Positions 58,030-64,000 of a stretch of 64,000 nt of DNA are shown here, one piece after another. The notes under the pieces were generated by a model that searched no databases, was not told the DNA's origin, and saw only the letters and a list, made by a program, of their open reading frames with translations. Source of the stretch: an uncultured bacterium (lineage in GTDB: Bacteria; Zixibacteria; MSB-5A5; UBA10806); assembly GCA_965541585.1 (NCBI GenBank), contig CBEUCH010000010.1:1-64000 (forward strand), given 5' to 3'. The position numbers and the translations under genes are program-made. Each line of letters starts with the position of its first letter. The stretch's first letter is position 1.

Positions 58030-59115
58030 ATGTTATATCATTTGCTTTATCCGCTCAGCAAGTATATTTCCGGTTTCAATCTCTTCAAATATATAACGTT
58101 CAGGGCGGCCTATGCCACTGTTACGGCAATGCTCATCAGCTTTCTTTTCGGAAGTCTCTTTATCGGTTTTCTGCGCAGACGTCGCGTAAAGGAGAGCATC
58201 AGATCCGATGGCCCGGAGACGCACCTGACAAAAGAAGGCACGCCGACCATGGGAGGCCTTCTCATACTGCTATCCATCGTCGTGCCAACGCTTCTGTGGG
58301 CTGATTTAACCAACCGGTACGTGCACCTGATCCTGTTTGTCACGGTCTGGATGGGTGCCCTGGGATTTATGGACGATTATCTAAAGGTGAAGCTCAAGCA
58401 AAGGAAAGGGCTGGTGGCCAGGAAGAAATTCGTGGGGCAGGTGGCGCTGGGCCTGATTTTCGGGGCCATACTCTATTTTTTCCCTCCCGATCCCGCTTTT
58501 GGCACCACAACCGAGCTTCCCTTTGTTAAAAGCTACTATCTTGATTTTGGATTCTTTTATATTCCGTTTGTCATTCTTGTTATAACCGGTTCATCCAATG
58601 CCGTAAATTTAACCGACGGGCTGGATGGTCTTGCGATTGGGCTGGTGGGGATCAGTGCCATTGCCTTCGCGGGATTGTGTTACATTACCGGCAGAGTAGA
58701 CTTTTCCGATTATCTTGATATCACGTATCTTAAAGGCGCGGGAGAACTCACGATATATTGCGGGGCCCTGATAGGGGCCTGCCTGGGTTTTTTATGGTTC
58801 AATACCAATCCGGCAAAGGTCTTCATGGGAGATACCGGAGCCCTTGCGCTCGGGGGCGCTCTGGGCGGATTAGCGCTTTTAGTGAAGAAGGAAATCCTCC
58901 TGGTGATCATCGGAGGCGTTTTTGTGCTGGAGGCGGCATCGGTAATAATCCAGGTTCTATATTTCAAAGCAACCGGGAAAAGAGTTTTCAAGATGGCCCC
59001 GTTACATCACCATTTTGAGCTTTCCGGTTGGAAGGAACAACAGGTTGTCGTCAGGTTCTGGATAGTCGGGATCATATTTGCATTGATTACGCTGAGTACA
59101 TTGAAAATAAGATAA
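58030..59115 (+). CDS. mraY: Phospho-N-acetylmuramoyl-pentapeptide transferase
   Basis: GTPTMGG, DDYLK, NAVNLTDGLDGL, FMGDTG and MAPLHHHFE. Confidence 0.98.
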   Translation: MLYHLLYPLSKYISGFNLFKYITFRAAYATVTAMLISFLFGSLFIGFLRRRRVKESIRSDGPETHLTKEGTPTMGGLLILLSIVVPTLLWADLTNRYVHLILFVTVWMGALGFMDDYLKVKLKQRKGLVARKKFVGQVALGLIFGAILYFFPPDPAFGTTTELPFVKSYYLDFGFFYIPFVILVITGSSNAVNLTDGLDGLAIGLVGISAIAFAGLCYITGRVDFSDYLDITYLKGAGELTIYCGALIGACLGFLWFNTNPAKVFMGDTGALALGGALGGLALLVKKEILLVIIGGVFVLEAASVIIQVLYFKATGKRVFKMAPLHHHFELSGWKEQQVVVRFWIVGIIFALITLSTLKIR

Positions 59116-60485
59116 TGAATATCAATCTGCGAAATAAGAGAGTCTCTGTCATGGGAGCCGGACGTTCCGGGATGGCCGTAGCGGAGGTTGTTAAATCGCT
59201 CGGGGGCATTCCATTCGTCAGCGATAGCAATGCGGTTATGCGCAGCAAGGCGGATCAGAGGTTATCTGAATTGAATATTGAATCCGAGTTCGGAGCGCAT
59301 TCGGATAAAATGCTTGACAGTGAGCTAATTATAATAAGCCCGGGCGTGCCGGCCGATTCCATAATGGTAAGCCAGGCAAAATCCAGGGGAATACCGGTCT
59401 GGCCTGAGATTGAGCTTGCTTACAGAATCTGTAAAGGAAAGATAATCGGGGTGACCGGGTCGAACGGAAAGACCACGACAACCACCCTATTAGGAGAGAT
59501 TCTGAAAAAAGGGAAGCGGTCGACATTTGTATGCGGCAATATAGGACACCCTTTTATCTCAATCGCGGCAACGGTTCCTGTTGATGGTTTTGCAGTAGTC
59601 GAGCTTTCGAGCTTTCAACTGGAGATGATCGAAGAATTCCGGCCCGATATTGCAATATTCCTGAATATAAGCCCCGACCATCTGGACCGGCACGGTGACA
59701 TGGAGGCTTATTTCGCGGCAAAGATGCGCATATTTGAGAACCAAAAGTCAAGCGATAAAGCTGTCATCAACTATGATGATGTAACATTAAGAGAACGTTG
59801 TAACAATCTTGAGGCAAAGATATCGTGGTATTCGGTCCATAAACCCATGGAAAGCGGGGTCCGGGCTGAGCCGGACGGCGATCTTATGGCTGGCACGATG
59901 AAGATAATTAACTCTCACCAGTTGAAAATCAAGGGAGTCCATAATCTGTCCAATGCTTGTGCTGCCGCTCTGGCGGCGCTTGATGTCGGAGTAGAAACAG
60001 ATGATATAGCGAATGTATTAAAATCGTTCCCCGGGGTGGAGCACCGTCTTGAACCTGTGCGGCTCATCGGAGGGGTGAGCTTTATAAACGATTCCAAGGG
60101 CACCAATGTCGACTCGGTCCATTGGGCGTTACAGGCGGTCTCCGCCCCGGTCATATTAATTGCAGGGGGAAAGGATAAGGGTTCGGATTTTTCCTCTATC
60201 AACGATTCAATAAAACAAAAGGTCAAATGCGCCGTTCTGATCGGCCAGGCGGCATCCAAAATTATGGCGACATGGGAAAAGAGCACGAAATGCAGGACTG
60301 CAGCCGATATGGAAGAAGCGGTGGAAGCGGCTTTCGAGGAGGCGGTCGAGGGCGATACGGTTCTCCTTTCCCCGGGTTGTGCCTCATTCGACATGTTCGA
60401 GGATTTCGAACATCGCGGCAAAGTTTTCAAACAGGCCGTAGAGAAACTTGCTTCCGGAAAGGTTCCCGATGAATGCAATAATTGA
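59115..60485 (+). CDS. murD: UDP-MurNAc-L-Ala--D-glutamate ligase
   Basis: GAGRSG, TGSNGKTTT, ELSSFQL, NDSKGTN and SPGCASFD. Confidence 0.98.
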   Translation: MNINLRNKRVSVMGAGRSGMAVAEVVKSLGGIPFVSDSNAVMRSKADQRLSELNIESEFGAHSDKMLDSELIIISPGVPADSIMVSQAKSRGIPVWPEIELAYRICKGKIIGVTGSNGKTTTTTLLGEILKKGKRSTFVCGNIGHPFISIAATVPVDGFAVVELSSFQLEMIEEFRPDIAIFLNISPDHLDRHGDMEAYFAAKMRIFENQKSSDKAVINYDDVTLRERCNNLEAKISWYSVHKPMESGVRAEPDGDLMAGTMKIINSHQLKIKGVHNLSNACAAALAALDVGVETDDIANVLKSFPGVEHRLEPVRLIGGVSFINDSKGTNVDSVHWALQAVSAPVILIAGGKDKGSDFSSINDSIKQKVKCAVLIGQAASKIMATWEKSTKCRTAADMEEAVEAAFEEAVEGDTVLLSPGCASFDMFEDFEHRGKVFKQAVEKLASGKVPDECNN

Positions 60486-61599
60486 AAGACATCAGGATAA
60501 AATCTTAATGTTCTCCTCCATCGCGCTTATCATGCTGGGGATAATATTTATTTATTCCGCCTCGGGACCTTTTTCCAGGTTCATGAATCCCCCCAAACCA
60601 ACCTGGCATTTTCTCATGAAACAGAGCCTCTGGGCTGTTTTCGCTTTGACGACGATGTATATAGCTTATCGAATCGATTATGAGCTGCTGGTGAAGATCT
60701 CTCCTTATATGATGATCGCGGGAATCCTCCTGTTGATCGCAGTATTTCCTCTCTCCAGCGGAAATGTCAAACGCTGGATCAACATCGGTGGACTTACCGT
60801 ACAGCCATCGGAGCTATTTAAGATTGCGGCTATCATATTTATGGCCAGGGTTATAGCTAAACTGACCGGGAGAAAAAAAATATATAAACGGTTCATTCCT
60901 GCCCTTGGTCTTGTATTGCTGGGAATAGTATTGATTCTCGTGGAACCTGATCTGGGAACGACCGCCTTGATGCTGGCGGTCACGATTTCGCTTCTCTATA
61001 TCTCGGGATTTCCCAGGCGGTATCTGATACTGCTATTATTGGCAGGGATAATGATGGCCTCGGTTTTTGTTTTTGGTTTTAAATATGAAAAGGATAGGGT
61101 GGATTCCTATCTTGTAACACTGAAGGATCCGTTTGCGGCCGAGGCCAGTTATCAAACGCGCCAGTCTCTCGTCAGCCTCGGCTCGGGGGGCCTGGTCGGC
61201 AAGGGTCTGGCTAACGGCGGTCAAAAGCATCTATTTCTTCCGGCACGGCATACCGATTTTATCCTCTCTGCCGCCGCCGAGGAAGGCGGATTCCTGATTG
61301 TTGTTGTAATTCTAAGCCTATTCGGACTTATCGCCTGGTCAGGGGGTAGGATCGCCGCCTCCGCGGTAGATATCGAGGGATCGTTGCTAGCGTGGGGTAT
61401 GGTGCTTTTCCTGATTCTACAGGGTACTTTAAATATAGGTGTAGCCCTGGGACTTTTCCCGATTACGGGAATAACGCTGCCCTTTCTAAGTTATGGTGGA
61501 TCATCCCTGGTCGTCTGTTCTGCGGCAATTGGCATAACGGCGTCGGTATGGCGCCAGGGGAAATCGCCGCGGAGATATTTTAAGCGGTTCAAAACATGA
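60469..61599 (+). CDS. ftsW: SEDS family peptidoglycan polymerase FtsW
   Basis: RWI..QPSE..K, EPDLGT, HTDFI and GITLPFLSYGGSS; dcw position. Confidence 0.95.
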   Translation: MNAIIERHQDKILMFSSIALIMLGIIFIYSASGPFSRFMNPPKPTWHFLMKQSLWAVFALTTMYIAYRIDYELLVKISPYMMIAGILLLIAVFPLSSGNVKRWINIGGLTVQPSELFKIAAIIFMARVIAKLTGRKKIYKRFIPALGLVLLGIVLILVEPDLGTTALMLAVTISLLYISGFPRRYLILLLLAGIMMASVFVFGFKYEKDRVDSYLVTLKDPFAAEASYQTRQSLVSLGSGGLVGKGLANGGQKHLFLPARHTDFILSAAAEEGGFLIVVVILSLFGLIAWSGGRIAASAVDIEGSLLAWGMVLFLILQGTLNIGVALGLFPITGITLPFLSYGGSSLVVCSAAIGITASVWRQGKSPRRYFKRFKT

Positions 61600-62700
61600 A
61601 TGGACAGATCCGGTCAAAAGAGAATAATGTTTGCGGGAGGAGGCACCGCCGGACATCTGGTACCGGGCATAAATATCGCCCTGGCAATGAGGAGCATTGA
61701 TGATGCGGCAACTCCTCTTTTTTTAGGAAAGCGAAACGGAATCGAGCGGCAGATGGTGGAAAGATTCGGATTTGATATACGGGAAATCGACGTGGTCGGC
61801 ATGCGAAGGACACCGGTTGGCTTTCTGAGATACGTGTTAAATTGGAGAAAGGGTTACAGGCAGACGATCAGGATAATGGAGGAATTCGAGCCGATGGCCG
61901 TTGTCGGTACGGGAGGCTACGTCTCCGCTCCGGCGATCAGGGCGGCACATAAATTAAAGATCCCCATCTACATTCAGGAACAAAACAGCCTGCCGGGACT
62001 GACGACGAGGATGGGCAGCCGGTACTCCAATATTGTTTTTACATCCTATGAAGCGGCATCTAAATACCTTGATGCTGATAAGTGTCAACTTGCGGGCAAC
62101 CCGATTCGGCAGGATCTTCTTAGTGGAAACAGGGAATCGGCATATATGCAATTCGATCTTGATCCTAAAAAAAATACGCTGCTTGTCCTGGGAGGCAGTT
62201 CCGGTGCCGAAAGCATAAACGAAATTGTCGGTGCCATGGTATTGGAGAGATTTTTCCCGGAGAATTGGCAGCTACTATGGCAAACCGGGCGCAAGAATTA
62301 TCCCGATATATCCCGTTCTATACCAACTGACAGTTTAAGCGGAGCAGTCGTTCCGTTTATCGAGGACATGCCGGCCGCCTACGCAATTACCGATCTGGCG
62401 TTGTCGAGGGCCGGGGCAATGGCGTTATCCGAAATATCTGCAATCGGGCTTCCGGCTATATTGATACCATATCCTTATGCCACCGGTGATCATCAGACCC
62501 TGAACGCAAAAAAGTTTGAGGATGCCGGGGCTGCGATAATCGTACCGGAAAACCAGATGAATAAAAGATTGCGTAATACTCTGAAATATCTTATTGCAGA
62601 TGATGATTTGAGGAAAAGAATGTCCGATGCCGCACGAAAGATGGGCAGGCCGGATGCGGCGGAAGTTATCGCCCGGACAATCCTCGATGAGATAAAATGA
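61600..62700 (+). CDS. murG: Undecaprenyl-PP-MurNAc-pentapeptide GlcNAc transferase
   Basis: GGGTAGH, GGYVS, EQN, GGSSGA and SRAGA. Confidence 0.98.
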   Translation: MDRSGQKRIMFAGGGTAGHLVPGINIALAMRSIDDAATPLFLGKRNGIERQMVERFGFDIREIDVVGMRRTPVGFLRYVLNWRKGYRQTIRIMEEFEPMAVVGTGGYVSAPAIRAAHKLKIPIYIQEQNSLPGLTTRMGSRYSNIVFTSYEAASKYLDADKCQLAGNPIRQDLLSGNRESAYMQFDLDPKKNTLLVLGGSSGAESINEIVGAMVLERFFPENWQLLWQTGRKNYPDISRSIPTDSLSGAVVPFIEDMPAAYAITDLALSRAGAMALSEISAIGLPAILIPYPYATGDHQTLNAKKFEDAGAAIIVPENQMNKRLRNTLKYLIADDDLRKRMSDAARKMGRPDAAEVIARTILDEIK

Positions 62701-64000
62701 AATTTAAAAGAATAAAAAAGCTTCACTTCGTAGGAATCGGTGGTGTGGGTATGTGCGGGATCGCCGAGATCCTCCATAACACAGGTTATCAACTGACGGG
62801 TTCTGATCTGAAGAAAACGGAGACGACAACTCATCTCCAGGCGATCGGTATCGAGGTCAAGTATTCGCATGAGCCGGCGAATGTCATTGGCTCAGACGTG
62901 GTTGTTATATCATCTGCGGTAGGGGATGATAACCCGGAGGTGATGGAGGCCAGGAAACTAAAGATTCCGGTCATCAGACGGGCGGAGATGCTGGCCGAGC
63001 TGATGAGGATGAAGATTTCTGTTGCGGTCGCCGGCACTCACGGAAAAACCACCACGACATCGTTGACCGGACATCTGCTCAAAGCCGGCGGCCTCGATCC
63101 CACGGTGATTGTCGGAGGCAGGGTTTTGGGTGTTGGCTCCAATGCTTATCTTGGAAAGGGTGATTATCTTATAGCCGAGGCGGACGAGTTCGACCGATCG
63201 ATCTCCAAATTCTTCCCCACGGTGGCCGTTATAACAAGCCTCGAACCGGAGCATATGGAGTGTTACGCAGATCTGGAGGATCTGGAGAACACTTTCGTTG
63301 AATTCGCCAACAGGGTGCCGTTTTTCGGAAGCGTTATAATCTGCATGGATGATCCCGGAGTACGGCGTATCGAGCCCAGGATCACGCGGCCTATGATAAC
63401 ATACGGTATTGATTCGGATGCGGAATTCAGCGCTTCGGATATCGCCTTCAGCGACGAAGGAACGACGTTCACGCTATATCATAACGGTTCCCGGGTCGCG
63501 CCGGTTCGTTCGCCGCTGCAGGGTTATCACAATTTGAGAAATCTACTGGCCGCCATCGCCGTGGCTTACGACCTGGAGGTTCCCCTGGAAACAGCCATCC
63601 CGGCATCCCGAACTTTCACGGGTGTCAGCCGACGGCTGGAACTTGCAGGCGAAGCCGGCGGCGTGAAGCTTTATGATGACTATGCTCACCACCCCACGGA
63701 AATCAAGGTGACACTCGAAGGTATGAGAAGAGTATTCGATGGTCGGCTGGTGGCGGTTTTTCAACCGCATCTATATAGCCGGACCAAGCGGTTCTATAAG
63801 GAATTCAGCGGATCGTTTTCCGATGCCGATATTGTGGTTATACTGGACGTCTATCCTGCTCGCGAAAAGTCCATAAACGGTGTCTCAGGGAAAATGATAG
63901 CTGATGCCGCGAAAGAATCCGGCCATACGGGCGTGGATTATATCGAAGATAAAAAAGATCTCCCGAATTTCTTAAAGCCGAAACTCCAGAGCGGCGATCG
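62697..64000 (+). CDS. murC: UDP-N-acetylmuramate--L-alanine ligase (3' truncated; absent from the supplied ORF track)
   Basis: ATG at 62697 overlaps the murG stop. Reads MKFKRIKKLHFVGIGGVGMCGIAE..AGTHGKTTT..EADEFD..DDYAHHPTE..FQPHLYSRT and stays open to the window end. Confidence 0.97.
   Translation, partial: MKFKRIKKLHFVGIGGVGMCGIAEILHNTGYQLTGSDLKKTETTTHLQAIGIEVKYSHEPANVIGSDVVVISSAVGDDNPEVMEARKLKIPVIRRAEMLAELMRMKISVAVAGTHGKTTTTSLTGHLLKAGGLDPTVIVGGRVLGVGSNAYLGKGDYLIAEADEFDRSISKFFPTVAVITSLEPEHMECYADLEDLENTFVEFANRVPFFGSVIICMDDPGVRRIEPRITRPMITYGIDSDAEFSASDIAFSDEGTTFTLYHNGSRVAPVRSPLQGYHNLRNLLAAIAVAYDLEVPLETAIPASRTFTGVSRRLELAGEAGGVKLYDDYAHHPTEIKVTLEGMRRVFDGRLVAVFQPHLYSRTKRFYKEFSGSFSDADIVVILDVYPAREKSINGVSGKMIADAAKESGHTGVDYIEDKKDLPNFLKPKLQSGD

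Overview
64 kb of core chromosome from a diderm bacterium. Its secreted proteins carry 'YPNPFN...LK' type IX secretion (T9SS) sorting domains, and it encodes PorV- and PorZ-like components. This points to the FCB supergroup, probably a non-Bacteroidota lineage such as Zixibacteria (inference, not verified). Housekeeping genes are hflX (partial), murA, lpxH-like, purL, valS, priA, purM, gpmI, lnt and a canonical dcw cluster (mraZ to murC, truncated). They are interleaved with envelope and secretion genes: six T9SS-CTD proteins, a peptidase/PD40/Omp85 fusion, a PorV-SPOR fusion, a PorZ-like gene in an operon with glycan-synthesis genes, and a DUF362/polyferredoxin pair. The most interesting signals are: (1) a TlpA(CxxC) / DUF6029-like barrel (CxxxxC) / T9SS-exported Omp28-like (CxxC) cluster that looks like a thiol-disulfide relay across the outer membrane; (2) correctly spaced sigma-54 promoters in front of three T9SS-related genes; (3) an orphan promoter-to-terminator unit that looks like an unannotated sRNA; (4) a dense mosaic of REP-like palindromes with compensatory changes. 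No rRNA, tRNA, CRISPR array or transposase was seen. All calls come from reading the sequence and motifs only; no searches were run.
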